64,000 nucleotides of DNA, taken from positions 8,763-72,762 of the forward strand of contig JBBPIK010000006.1 of NCBI GenBank assembly GCA_038040415.1. The letters run 5' to 3'. Position numbers and translations under genes: made by a program. The notes below the pieces were generated by a model that saw only the letters and a program-made list of their open reading frames with translations, was not told the DNA's origin and made no database searches. This document shows, one piece after another, positions 54,948 through 63,150 of the stretch (its first letter is position 1; each line of letters begins with the position of its first letter). Origin of the DNA: Actinomycetota bacterium (GTDB lineage Bacteria; Actinomycetota; Thermoleophilia; Solirubrobacterales; 70-9).

Positions 54948-55583
54948 ATGACCGCTTCGCGCGCCGTAATGCTTGACGCTCTCGGCACCCTGGTCGAGTT
55001 GGCGCCCCCCTGGGTGCACCTGGCTGAGGCCCTCGGCGTCCAGCCGGACGAGCGGCTGGTCGCGGCGGTGCGGGCCGAGATGGACTACTACAAGGACCAC
55101 AGCCACGAGGGGCGCGACCCCGACTCGCTCGCCGATTTGCGCGCCCGCTGCGCCACAGTGCTGTCCGAGGCGCTCGGACGACAGATCCCAGTCGAGACGA
55201 TGATGTCCGCGATCCGCTTCCGGGCCTTTCCGGACGCGGCGCCGGCGCTGGCCGAGCTGCGCGGCCTCGGGCTGAAGCTCGTTTGCGTTTCGAACTGGGA
55301 CGCCTCCCTGCCGGAGGTGCTCCGGCGATGCGGGCTGGGGGATGCGCTCGACGGCGTCGTGACCTCGGCAAAGGCCGGCGTCCGCAAGCCGGACCCGGCG
55401 ATATTCGGGCCCGCCCTCGAGCTGGCCGGCTGCGCGCCGGCGGAGGCGCTCTACGTCGGCGACACTCCGGACGAGGACCTGGCGGCGGCGCGCGCCGCCG
55501 GCGTCCCCGCCTTGCTGATCGATCGGGCGGGCGGCGGGGACATCGACTCGCTACAGGCCATCCGGCACTATCTCGACCCGTGA
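54948..55583 (+). CDS. HAD-superfamily hydrolase
   Basis: The ATG at 54948 begins the ORF. Motif I is MLDALGTL, motif II is VSNWD, and motifs III/IV are KPDP and YVGDTPDED. Confidence 0.8.
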   Translation: MTASRAVMLDALGTLVELAPPWVHLAEALGVQPDERLVAAVRAEMDYYKDHSHEGRDPDSLADLRARCATVLSEALGRQIPVETMMSAIRFRAFPDAAPALAELRGLGLKLVCVSNWDASLPEVLRRCGLGDALDGVVTSAKAGVRKPDPAIFGPALELAGCAPAEALYVGDTPDEDLAAARAAGVPALLIDRAGGGDIDSLQAIRHYLDP

Positions 55584-56317
55584 GCGATTCAGAACTCTCG
55601 CCGGGTGAGCCTCGATACGCGGGTCCCGCATGGAACGCCCCTGCCGACGATCAGCTCCGGAGCTGGGGACCGGCGCGGGTCGCCTGGGGCATCGGAGCGC
55701 TGCTCCTGACCAGCGTGTTGGAGGTCACGCTCGTTTCCGCCTTCGCCGACCTCCATTCGCTCGCTGCCAGGCTGGTCACCCAGGCCCTGCTCGCCGGGAC
55801 GCTGGTCGGAATCGCCTTCGCCGTCGCCGTCGGCGGGGCGGGCGGCCTCGCCTCCCCCGGGGCGCTCGGCCTCAGACGTCCCCTGAGATCTCCGATCGGC
55901 TTGGCGGCCGCCGCCTACGTCGGCTACATCGTGTTCGCCCTCGTCTACTCGACCCTCGTCCACCCCCAGCAGGAGGACGTCACGCGCGACCTCGGTCTTG
56001 GCCACGGGACCTTCGGCACGATCGCGGCCGGGGTCCTGATCGTGATCGCCGCGCCGTTCGCGGAGGAGATCTTCTTTCGAGGCTTCATCTTCGGCGGCCT
56101 GCGGCGCCGCTTCTCGTTTCTGGCCGCAGCGGTCCTTTCGGGGCTCATCTTCGGGCTCTTCCACTTCACCGGCCTGAGCAGCATCGGCGTGGTCCCGCAG
56201 CTCGCCCTCTTCGGCTTCGCCCTCGCCTGGCTGTACGAGAAGACCGGCTCGATCTACCCGTCCATCGCCGTCCACGCCGCCAACAACGCGCTCGCCTTCG
56301 CGATTCTGGCCTCGTAG
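55580..56317 (+). CDS. CPBP (CAAX) family intramembrane metalloprotease
   Basis: The GTG at 55580 overlaps the upstream TGA. EEIFFRG, FGLFH and HAANN are present. Confidence 0.8.
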   Translation: MSDSELSPGEPRYAGPAWNAPADDQLRSWGPARVAWGIGALLLTSVLEVTLVSAFADLHSLAARLVTQALLAGTLVGIAFAVAVGGAGGLASPGALGLRRPLRSPIGLAAAAYVGYIVFALVYSTLVHPQQEDVTRDLGLGHGTFGTIAAGVLIVIAAPFAEEIFFRGFIFGGLRRRFSFLAAAVLSGLIFGLFHFTGLSSIGVVPQLALFGFALAWLYEKTGSIYPSIAVHAANNALAFAILAS

Positions 56318-56357
56318 GGACAGCAGGCCCTTTTCACCAGCCTGGCGCCGTGGCACA

Positions 56358-57353
56358 ATGCCCGCCGTGAGTCGTCGGCGCTCTCTCGCTCTCCTCCTCG
56401 CGGTGCCGGCGGCCGTCGCGATCGGATCGCCTCCGGTGCTGGCCGCGGACGAGGGCCCGACCCACCCTGCGAAGGCGCTGAAGCCCGGCGAGCTCAGCAT
56501 CCACGTGCATGGGGTACGTCACGGCAAGGTCAAGGTGGGCAAGAAGGTCCGTGCGGTCGGCTACCTGCGTCCGTTCGTGCATGGCCAACACGTGCAGGTG
56601 AAGCTGCTGCGCCGCGGCCACGTGATCGAGAGGCTGAACCCGATCGTCAGGCACGTTCGCGGCCAGAACGCCGGGCGCTACCGGTTCCGCTCGCCGGCCC
56701 TGATCAAGCCGGCCGGCTATCGGATAGTCGCCAGGCACCTGCGCAGCGCCCAGCAGGGCAGGGCGGGTGCCCGCTCGCGCAACTTCCACATCGACTTCCC
56801 AAACCTCGATCCCGGAGATCGCAACAGCGCCGTCCGGATCTTCAACCGCCTCCTGCTCCGCGAGGGCTACTACTCGACCCACGGCAAGCGCTACAGCAAA
56901 AGGACCGGCTTCGCGGTCATGGCCTTCCGCAAAACCAACGGGATGAGCCGTAACTCCAACGCCAACGCCGGGATCTTCAAGAAGCTCGCCCGCGGGCGGG
57001 GAGGCTTCCGCCTCAAGTACCCCGGCGCCGGCAAGCACGTGGAGGTCGACATCTCCCGACAGGTGATGGTCCTCGCCAACCACCGAAAGCCCCAGTACAC
57101 GATCCCTGTTTCGACCGGGGCGCCGGCGACGCCGACGATCCGCGGCCACTTCCGCTTCTACAGCCGCCAGTCCGGCTTCAACTCGTCGGGGATGTACTAC
57201 TCGGTCTACTTCCAGGGGGGATACGCGACCCACGGCTACCACTCGGTCCCCACCTATCCGGCCAGTCATGGCTGCGTTCGAAACCCGATCCCGCTGTCGG
57301 TCTTCATCTACAACTGGGTCCGGCTGGGGATGTCGATCTACGTCTACGGCTAG
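56358..57353 (+). CDS. L,D-transpeptidase (YkuD domain) with signal peptide
   Basis: The signal is RRRSLALLLAVPAAVAIGSPPVLAA. A peptidoglycan-binding-like repeat (VRIFNRLLLREGYY) is present. The catalytic motif is HGY...SHGCVRN. Confidence 0.85.
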   Translation: MPAVSRRRSLALLLAVPAAVAIGSPPVLAADEGPTHPAKALKPGELSIHVHGVRHGKVKVGKKVRAVGYLRPFVHGQHVQVKLLRRGHVIERLNPIVRHVRGQNAGRYRFRSPALIKPAGYRIVARHLRSAQQGRAGARSRNFHIDFPNLDPGDRNSAVRIFNRLLLREGYYSTHGKRYSKRTGFAVMAFRKTNGMSRNSNANAGIFKKLARGRGGFRLKYPGAGKHVEVDISRQVMVLANHRKPQYTIPVSTGAPATPTIRGHFRFYSRQSGFNSSGMYYSVYFQGGYATHGYHSVPTYPASHGCVRNPIPLSVFIYNWVRLGMSIYVYG

Positions 57354-57393
57354 AGAAGCACTCCGGCGATTGGCCCCTTGGGCAGCCCCGACG

Positions 57394-57963
57394 ATGAGTG
57401 ACCTTCAAGCGGCGCGCGCCACGCTCTTGGCCGAGCTTCGCGAGCACGCTCTGGTGTTCGGCGAGGTGACCCTGTCGAGCGGCCAGCGCGCCTCCTACTA
57501 CGTCGACGCCCGCCGCGCGATCCTGCGCCCGGCAGGCTTTCGCGCCGTGGGCGAGCTGCTCGCCGGCGCGGCGCGGGAGCTCGGCGCCGCCGCCGTCGGG
57601 GGGCCGGTGATGGCGGCGATCCCGCTTGCCTGCGCAGCGATAGGCGTGCCCGGCGGCGAGGGACTGGTCGGATTCTTCGTCCGCAGCGATCGCAAGCAGC
57701 ACGGCCTCCAGCGCTGGATCGAGGGACCGGTGGAAGCCGGAGCGCGCTGCCTGGTGGTCGAGGACACGGTGACCACCGGGCGCTCAACGGTGTCGGCGAT
57801 CGAGCGGATGCGCGCTGAGGGCCTCGAGGTGGCGGGGGCCGTCTGCGTGGTCGATCGCCTCGCCGGCGGTGGCGAGGCGATCGCCGATGCGGCCGGCGCG
57901 CCGTTCAAGGCGCTGGTCACGATCGACGAGCTCTATCCCGACCGACCCGACCGGGACCTTTAG
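57394..57963 (+). CDS. pyrE: orotate phosphoribosyltransferase
   Basis: The ATG at 57394 begins the ORF. FGEVTLSSGQRASYYVD and the PRPP-binding loop CLVVEDTVTTGRS are present. Confidence 0.9.
   Translation: MSDLQAARATLLAELREHALVFGEVTLSSGQRASYYVDARRAILRPAGFRAVGELLAGAARELGAAAVGGPVMAAIPLACAAIGVPGGEGLVGFFVRSDRKQHGLQRWIEGPVEAGARCLVVEDTVTTGRSTVSAIERMRAEGLEVAGAVCVVDRLAGGGEAIADAAGAPFKALVTIDELYPDRPDRDL
57889..57963 (+). repeat. direct repeat A (authentic pyrE 3' end)
   Basis: GCGGCCGGCGCGCCGTTCAAGGCGCTGGTCACGATCGACGAGCTCTATCCCGACCGACCCGACCGGGACCTTTAG is repeated at 58557-58629. Confidence 0.9.
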
Positions 57964-57994
57964 CCCACCCCAATCGGCTTCTGCTCACCTGCCG

Positions 57995-58035
57995 GTTGGC
58001 GCGTTTCAGACCCATGCGGTCTGAAAAGCGCCAAC
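57995..58035. terminator. TH2 hairpin copy d
   Basis: GTTGGCGCGTTTCAGACC-catgc-GGTCTGAAAAGCGCCAAC begins 32 nt after the pyrE stop. It is preceded by CCCCAATCGGC, the reverse complement of the tail seen beside copy c. Confidence 0.45.
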
Positions 58036-58150
58036 TGTGCCAGCCAAGCGCAGCATTCCAATCTCGTATCCGACCGACGCGTCCGCCTGCGCAAGAATGT
58101 GAGGAATGGCGCACCGTGGAGATCGCGTCCGAATGGGCCAAATCGGAGCG

Positions 58151-58462
58151 ATGACCTTTCTCCGTGCGGCAAGCGCAGGGGTACTGGCTGGGTTGATCGC
58201 CGTGTTGGCAGTCGGGTGGGTGATCAGTCTCTTCGTCGGCGGTGGCAGCGGCAGCGATGCGGTTGACGCGGCCTTTTATGCGAGCGTGATGACTACGGCG
58301 AGCGCTGTTGCTTTCGGTGTCTCCCGTCGAAGCGGTGCGCCGCCCAGCATGGCCTGGCTCGCGAGCGCCCTGGCGGCCGGCACGATGCTGGCGCTCGGTG
58401 TCGCGTTCTACATCATCTACTTCGAGTTCCTTTTGGGAGACGACGCCTTCCGACGCTTTTGA
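58151..58462 (+). CDS. hypothetical small membrane protein
   Basis: An ATG at 58151 lies within ORF 58106..58462. The product has three hydrophobic segments. It lies between the two pyrE 3'-end repeats. Confidence 0.4.
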   Translation: MTFLRAASAGVLAGLIAVLAVGWVISLFVGGGSGSDAVDAAFYASVMTTASAVAFGVSRRSGAPPSMAWLASALAAGTMLALGVAFYIIYFEFLLGDDAFRRF

Positions 58463-58556
58463 GTACTCAGTCTCCGTCTAAAAGGTCACTGGGGTGGATC
58501 CCGGGGGCGCGGGCGCTGGCTCCTGCTGGGTCTATCGGGCAGCGGTCCTAGCCGAG

Positions 58557-58629
58557 GCGGCCGGCGCCGTTCAAGGCGCTGGTCACGATCGACGAGCTCT
58601 ATCCCGACCGTCCCGACCGGGACCGGTAA
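58557..58629 (+). repeat. direct repeat B (orphan pyrE 3'-end fragment)
   Basis: About 69 of 73 aligned positions match repeat A by eye. There is a 2-nt deletion (GC), and the stop is TAA instead of TAG. No upstream pyrE body is present. Confidence 0.9.
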
Positions 58630-58648
58630 AAGCGGCCTCGTCGTGCAG

Positions 58649-59284
58649 CTAGCCGGTTTTGGGTTCCCGTGGGCCGACGGGCTGGTCGCGCAGCGTGTGC
58701 ATCATCTTCAAGGCGACCGCGCGGCCCTTCGCCGAGCGGCTGCGCCGGGCGTTCTCGACAATCGCCACCGTGTAGTTCACGACTCCCTCCCGTCGTAGGA
58801 CCAGCAGCGTCGTGCGCTCCTTGAGCTCCCTTGCCTTGGTGGTCCCGGTCGCCTCCGTCTGGACGGCAGCGAAGGGCGTCCGCCGGAAGGGCCGCGGGGT
58901 GCTGGGCTCGAGCGGTGTCTCGAACCCCGGCAGGGACGCCAACGCGCTCGTCGCGAACTCCTCCAGCGGCACCTCCAGCGCCTCGGGGTCGCGAGCGGCC
59001 ACCAGGGTGACGGCGACCAGGTGGTCCGGCGAGCGAATCAGGGCGGTCTTGGCGCCGGCCTTCCGGCTCACCTGCCAGCGAGGCGGAATGCCGATCGCAT
59101 AGCCGATCGACCGGTCCCTGTGCGGCTGCCATTGCTTCGGGAGCTTGGGCAGCGCCTGCGGCGTCTCGGTTGGCGGTGAGGAGGGCGCGGAGGCCTCGTC
59201 TCCGCCACAGCCTGCGGCCGCGAGGGCCAGCGCCGCCAGCCCCAGGGGCAGCGTTGTCCGGGCCCTGCTCATGGTGAAAGCCAT
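58649..59284 (-). CDS. hypothetical lipoprotein
   Basis: MAFTMSRARTTLPLGLAALALAAAGCGG contains a lipobox. I recognise no family. The 12-mer GCGAGATACTGG ends 13 nt upstream of ATG 59284. Confidence 0.55.
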   Translation of the reverse strand: MAFTMSRARTTLPLGLAALALAAAGCGGDEASAPSSPPTETPQALPKLPKQWQPHRDRSIGYAIGIPPRWQVSRKAGAKTALIRSPDHLVAVTLVAARDPEALEVPLEEFATSALASLPGFETPLEPSTPRPFRRTPFAAVQTEATGTTKARELKERTTLLVLRREGVVNYTVAIVENARRSRSAKGRAVALKMMHTLRDQPVGPREPKTG

Positions 59285-59591
59285 TGGCGATCTGACTCCA
59301 GTATCTCGCGTCATGGCGGTGCCGATACGGAACACGTCAATTCAGGGGGAAGCGCCGCCACTCGGGGAAAGCGACGCTCCCAGCGAGGGAACATCCCGAA
59401 ACGAAGACCGTCCCCTCACGTCTTGAAAGCTCGGAACCCGCCCCGCCTGGAGTCATCGGCGTGCCTCAGGCCAGTCAGACGATTGACCGAGTACCCCGAC
59501 CTTCCGCCTCCCAATCGGCGTGTACTTGAAACCGCTTACAGGAGATGTGCGCCGGATGGCGGGCAAGGTCGACGTTCTCTTGTGACGTCGC

Positions 59592-59996
59592 CTATTCCCG
59601 GCGCCCGGCGGCTTCGAGAGCTTCGGCGTGGCTTCCGTAGACCTCACCTCGCACCACGAGACCATCCTCGACCGTGTAGACGAACGCCGCTCGCAACTCG
59701 ACCACGACTCGCTGCCCCGCATGCGCCCTCGCTGGACCGTCGTCACAACGACTTGCGTATCACCCGCGTCGATGAAGCTCTCAAGCTCGTTGGTCCAGGC
59801 CTCATAGGCATCGGTCCACTCGGCGAAGAACTGCATGAAGCCCTCGCGGCCGTGAAACACCGGTTGCCCGGACCATGCGGACCACGACTCCATATCCCAG
59901 ACGAGGTCGGGCGAGACCAGTTCCGACAGCTCCTGGGTCTCGGCGAACTCGCTCAGGACGCGACGCACGATCTCCCTCCACGTTCTCCTGCGACAT
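59592..59996 (-). pseudogene. frameshifted NTF2/SnoaL-like paralog (copy 5)
   Basis: The reading frame is split over three frames. MSQENVEG is in ORF 59802..59996. RRVLSEFAETQ...VVTTVQRGRMRGSES is in ORF 59453..59968. ELRAAFVYTVEDGLVVRGEVYGSHAEALEAAGRRE-stop was read by hand from 59592-59699. Confidence 0.6.
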
Positions 59997-59999
59997 GGC

Positions 60000-60395
60000 C
60001 TACTCCTTGAGTCCGGCGGCTTCGAGGGCGTCGTCGGCGTTCGGGAAGGCTTCCAGCGAAAGGATTGTCCCGTCGCGAATCATCCACAGGTGCCCGTTTC
60101 GGGTCTCGAACTCGACGTCGGAGCCCTTCGGCCGCATGCGGTTCTTGACGATGACCACGACCTGATTCCCGCTTTCCAGGACCTCCGACGGCTCCATGAT
60201 CCAGGCATCAAACGCTGCGCGGACGTCGCGAAAAACCGCTTGCGGCGTTTCGCGTCCCCGATGCGTCCCGGCGAGGGGTCCACGCTTGAACGTGATCTCG
60301 ATGTCTGGGTGAGCGTCACGAAACGCGGCGTCCCAGTCGTTCCGGTTGAGCGCGTCGTACACGCGCCGGATGATCTCCACGTTCTCCTCCGACAT
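60000..60395 (-). CDS. NTF2/SnoaL-like small protein (paralog family, copy 4)
   Basis: The product starts MSEENVEIIRRVYDALNRND and ends ADDALEAAGLKE. It lies 3 nt downstream of copy 3. Confidence 0.7.
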   Translation of the reverse strand: MSEENVEIIRRVYDALNRNDWDAAFRDAHPDIEITFKRGPLAGTHRGRETPQAVFRDVRAAFDAWIMEPSEVLESGNQVVVIVKNRMRPKGSDVEFETRNGHLWMIRDGTILSLEAFPNADDALEAAGLKE

Positions 60396-60398
60396 CGC

Positions 60399-60791
60399 TT
60401 ACTCCGACAGCCCGGCGGCTTCGAGGGCTTCCGCTTCCTGATCGAGCATGAACATCTCTCCGCGCGCGATGAAACCCTCATCGTCAAGCGTCCAGACCGC
60501 CCAGGAGCCGGTGTCCAGCTCGATTCCGCTTCCCGCCCCACGAGCGAACATCCTTTGCCGCACGAGCACTTTGTCGCCGTTCACCCGAAACTCGAGCGGC
60601 TCGATCCTCTGTTCCGCGAACGCGTCAGGCTCCATCCACGCTCGTATCGCCTCCCGACCCTTAGGTGGCGATTCAATACCCGGACGGATGAATTCAACGT
60701 CCGGTCGAGAAAGCGCCATCGCCGTGTCGAAATCGCCGCGGTTGAACGCCTCGTAGCCGCGGCGCATGATCTCCACGTTCTCCTGCGACAT
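60399..60791 (-). CDS. NTF2/SnoaL-like small protein (paralog family, copy 3)
   Basis: The product starts MSQENVEIMRRGYEAFNRGD and ends EAEALEAAGLSE. GCGAGATACTG lies upstream, with the same 7-nt spacing counted from the 12th motif position. Confidence 0.7.
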   Translation of the reverse strand: MSQENVEIMRRGYEAFNRGDFDTAMALSRPDVEFIRPGIESPPKGREAIRAWMEPDAFAEQRIEPLEFRVNGDKVLVRQRMFARGAGSGIELDTGSWAVWTLDDEGFIARGEMFMLDQEAEALEAAGLSE

Positions 60792-60841
60792 CGCCCGTGC
60801 AGTATCTCGCCGGTGGCGTTCTCGCGCAGCAGGTATGGACG

Positions 60842-60867
60842 TCCCAGGTTCGAGCCTGGGAGGGGCC
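60842..60867 (+). other. T-arm/acceptor-like hairpin (degenerate tRNA 3'-end remnant)
   Basis: TCCCAGG-TTCGAG-CCTGGGA followed by GGGGCC has a 6-nt loop, which is not canonical. It is an imperfect inverted copy of the adjacent minus-strand fragment. Confidence 0.4.
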
Positions 60868-60870
60868 GGA

Positions 60871-60917
60871 TGCCCCGACCAGGATTCGAACCTGGGGCCT
60901 ACTCCTTAGGAGGGAGC
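60871..60917 (-). other. tRNA-Arg(CCU) 3' fragment (anticodon arm to discriminator); candidate att remnant
   Basis: The minus strand reads GCTCC-CTCCTAA-GGAGT AGGCC CCAGG-TTCGAAT-CCTGG TCGGGGC A. That gives an anticodon loop with U33, CCU and A37, a 5-nt variable loop, a canonical T-arm and a 3' acceptor strand. No complementary 5' acceptor strand (GCCCCGA) or D-arm lies upstream. Confidence 0.6.
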
Positions 60918-61077
60918 CTGCGGCTAGGCACGCCTACGCATGGAACCGAGCCGGCGGATAGCAGGCGATCCACGCACGATCATGGGCGTTTCGGGCACCA
61001 GTGCCTTTTCGGAAATTCGGCGGGAGTTGATGCTCCAAGCGTCGAATAGCCCGGTTAGGCTCTGAACCGAGGCCCCG

Positions 61078-61713
61078 ATGGCGTTCACCGTCCCGATTAC
61101 AAGTGTCCTTTCCGGCGCAACGCCTCGCCAGCTCGGCTACTGGCGGAGACCCACCGCGAGGGGGGCTGCGCCATTGCTCGTCCCTGCTGCCAAGCGCGAG
61201 GGTCGATACCTGTATAGCTGGGCGGACGTTGTAGCGCTGCGTTCGATCGTCTACCTGCGACAGGAGAAGTCGCTTCACAAGATTCGCAAGGCGGTCGCCA
61301 CCCTCCAAGACCTCGAGTCGGCCGACTGGGAACACCTCGCCGAGTACAAGCTGGTGCGTACCGCGCAGACCATCATCGTTCTCACCCCCAAAGGCGACAT
61401 GCTTGACTTGGAGCGGGCGCCCGGGACGGTCTTCGATGAGGTCCTCATGGAGGATGTGCTCGACACGTTCGAGACGCGAAGCGGCCAGCTCGTCCCGGCG
61501 CTTAGACGCCCCCGGCCCTATCTCACGGTGCATCCGCAGATCCTCGCTGGCTATCCCGTCATCGCGGACAGCCGCGTGCCATTCCATCTCGTGGCGACGC
61601 TCGCTGACGACGGCATGGACGCCGCTGAGATAGTGGAGATTTACCCCTCGATAGACGCGCGTGGCATTCCGGATGCCCAGTATTTCGCCCGCCAGGTTGC
61701 TGCCGCCGCGTAA
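61078..61713 (+). CDS. MerR-like HTH plus DUF433 domain protein (candidate antitoxin)
   Basis: The N-terminus (ITSVLSGATPRQLGYWRR...YSWADVVALRSIVYLR) is MerR/HTH_17-like. The C-terminus (ILAGYPVIADSRVPFHLVATLADDGMDAAEIVEIYPSI) matches the DUF433 pattern. Confidence 0.6.
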   Translation: MAFTVPITSVLSGATPRQLGYWRRPTARGAAPLLVPAAKREGRYLYSWADVVALRSIVYLRQEKSLHKIRKAVATLQDLESADWEHLAEYKLVRTAQTIIVLTPKGDMLDLERAPGTVFDEVLMEDVLDTFETRSGQLVPALRRPRPYLTVHPQILAGYPVIADSRVPFHLVATLADDGMDAAEIVEIYPSIDARGIPDAQYFARQVAAAA

Positions 61714-61722
61714 GGACTGACC

Positions 61723-62163
61723 TTGCGCGTTCTGCTCGACGAGCAGTTACCCGTCCAGCTGCTGGCCCCTCTTCGGCTTAACCGAGGCCACCAGTTCGAC
61801 CACGTCGATGGCCTCGGCTGGAAAGGCAAGCATGACCCCCCTCTATTCGCCGATGCAGCGAAGCGTGGATATGCGGCGCTTCTCACGGCGGATCTCGACC
61901 AACTCTCCGATCCCGAGGAGTGCCGGGCCTTGAAGAATGCCGGCCTACATCACATTGGCGTTAGGGGTGGGCGAAAGGTAGACGGGATCAGAGGAACGGC
62001 TCGCGTCATCGCTTCCCTTGTAGTGGCAATGCCCTATGTGCTCGACGATCTGGCCACCGCCGACGGGCAACGCGTGGTTGAGGTCTCCCTGCTTACGGCG
62101 TCGGCGCGGCATGAGACGTTCGATCCCGCGCGAGCTCGGCGCCGGTTTCCGTACTGGCCCTGA
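61723..62163 (+). CDS. DUF5615 (PIN-like) protein (candidate toxin)
   Basis: The MRVLLDEQLP N-terminus is typical of DUF5615, and acidic residues are spaced as in PIN-like folds. The gene lies 9 nt after the DUF433 gene. Confidence 0.55.
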   Translation: MRVLLDEQLPVQLLAPLRLNRGHQFDHVDGLGWKGKHDPPLFADAAKRGYAALLTADLDQLSDPEECRALKNAGLHHIGVRGGRKVDGIRGTARVIASLVVAMPYVLDDLATADGQRVVEVSLLTASARHETFDPARARRRFPYWP

Positions 62164-62165
62164 CG

Positions 62166-62411
62166 ATGCCCTATTTCCTTGTCGGCATCCGAGGCGACCG
62201 CGCCCGCGCCGCCGGTCTGCTGGCGGTGGCTGGCATCCAGAACGTTGTTCACCACTCGAGTCCCGAGGATGCGACCGACGACGGTCCTGCGCTGGGTGCC
62301 CGCTTAAGCGCCAAAGACCCTGAGAGCGCGGTGAAGCGTGTACGGAGCGCCCTGGAGGGCGAGCCCTTCGCGATCGAGGATGAGGCGCGGGAGGAGCCGG
62401 GCGAAGCCTAG
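62166..62411 (+). CDS. hypothetical small acidic protein
   Basis: This 81-aa ORF starts with an ATG 2 nt after the upstream stop. I recognise no motif. Confidence 0.35.
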   Translation: MPYFLVGIRGDRARAAGLLAVAGIQNVVHHSSPEDATDDGPALGARLSAKDPESAVKRVRSALEGEPFAIEDEAREEPGEA

Positions 62412-62537
62412 GCGGGGCGCTCAGCGGGCAGGACTGGGCACCCCGTAGCCCAGGTCTCAAACGCCGCGGCGAGTGTGGCGTCGGCGCCCGTTCTGAGCAC
62501 AAGCTGTGGCTGACTGGCGAACGAACTGGCGAACCAG

Positions 62538-63140
62538 TCAGTCAATATTCAGCGCATCCGCGGCGCTGTTGAGGAGCGCCAAGATCGCCTCGCGATCCGC
62601 CCTTTCTCGGATCGACGCCTGTGGCTGATGCGCTGCGCAGTACCGTCGCCGTCGGCGTGGTCCGTCGCTCGCGAGGGCATCGCCGCAGACGAGGCAACGT
62701 CCCGAGCCCAAGCGGGTGAGCATCGCCACGGCTTCGCTGTGGCGCTTCGCATGTGTCCATTCGGTCGGATCATCGTCGGCTAGCGGAGCGTCTAAAACCA
62801 CGCCAGCGTCCGCGACGCTGAGCACCTGGCGCTGCGGGTACGGCGAGTCGCAGCCAGCGGCTCGCTCGATTATCCGACGCATAACCGCACGGGACCGACC
62901 CTCCCGTCGCACGTAGCGGCGCGCGACCTGATCGACCGATTCGCGGCCCGTGCGCACCCGTTCGATTGCGTCGAGGAAGGCGGGGTCGGCTGCGAGCCCG
63001 CGCGCGAGCTGCTGAACAGGAAAGAACCGGGTCTGTTGTGCGAGTTCCTTTGGGCCTAGGTCGAAGTCTGCCCACGGCTGGATACGCCGATGGGGTCGAC
63101 GGGGCAGTTCTCCGTTATCGGGGCCGCTTGCGGGAGCCAT
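62538..63140 (-). CDS. hypothetical protein (C-terminal Cys/His cluster)
   Basis: The start is ATG 63140 or 63152, within ORF 62538..63365. CLVCGD...YCAAH may form a zinc knuckle. I recognise no family. Confidence 0.4.
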   Translation of the reverse strand: MAPASGPDNGELPRRPHRRIQPWADFDLGPKELAQQTRFFPVQQLARGLAADPAFLDAIERVRTGRESVDQVARRYVRREGRSRAVMRRIIERAAGCDSPYPQRQVLSVADAGVVLDAPLADDDPTEWTHAKRHSEAVAMLTRLGSGRCLVCGDALASDGPRRRRRYCAAHQPQASIRERADREAILALLNSAADALNID

Positions 63141-63150
63141 GCTGCCTGGC

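Noticed and set aside
60871-60945. Possible intact tRNA gene on the minus strand
   Set aside because: The anticodon arm, T-arm and 3' acceptor strand are canonical. However, the sequence where positions 1-7 should lie (CCATGCG) cannot pair with TCGGGGC, and there is no GG-containing D-loop. I treated it as a 3' fragment.
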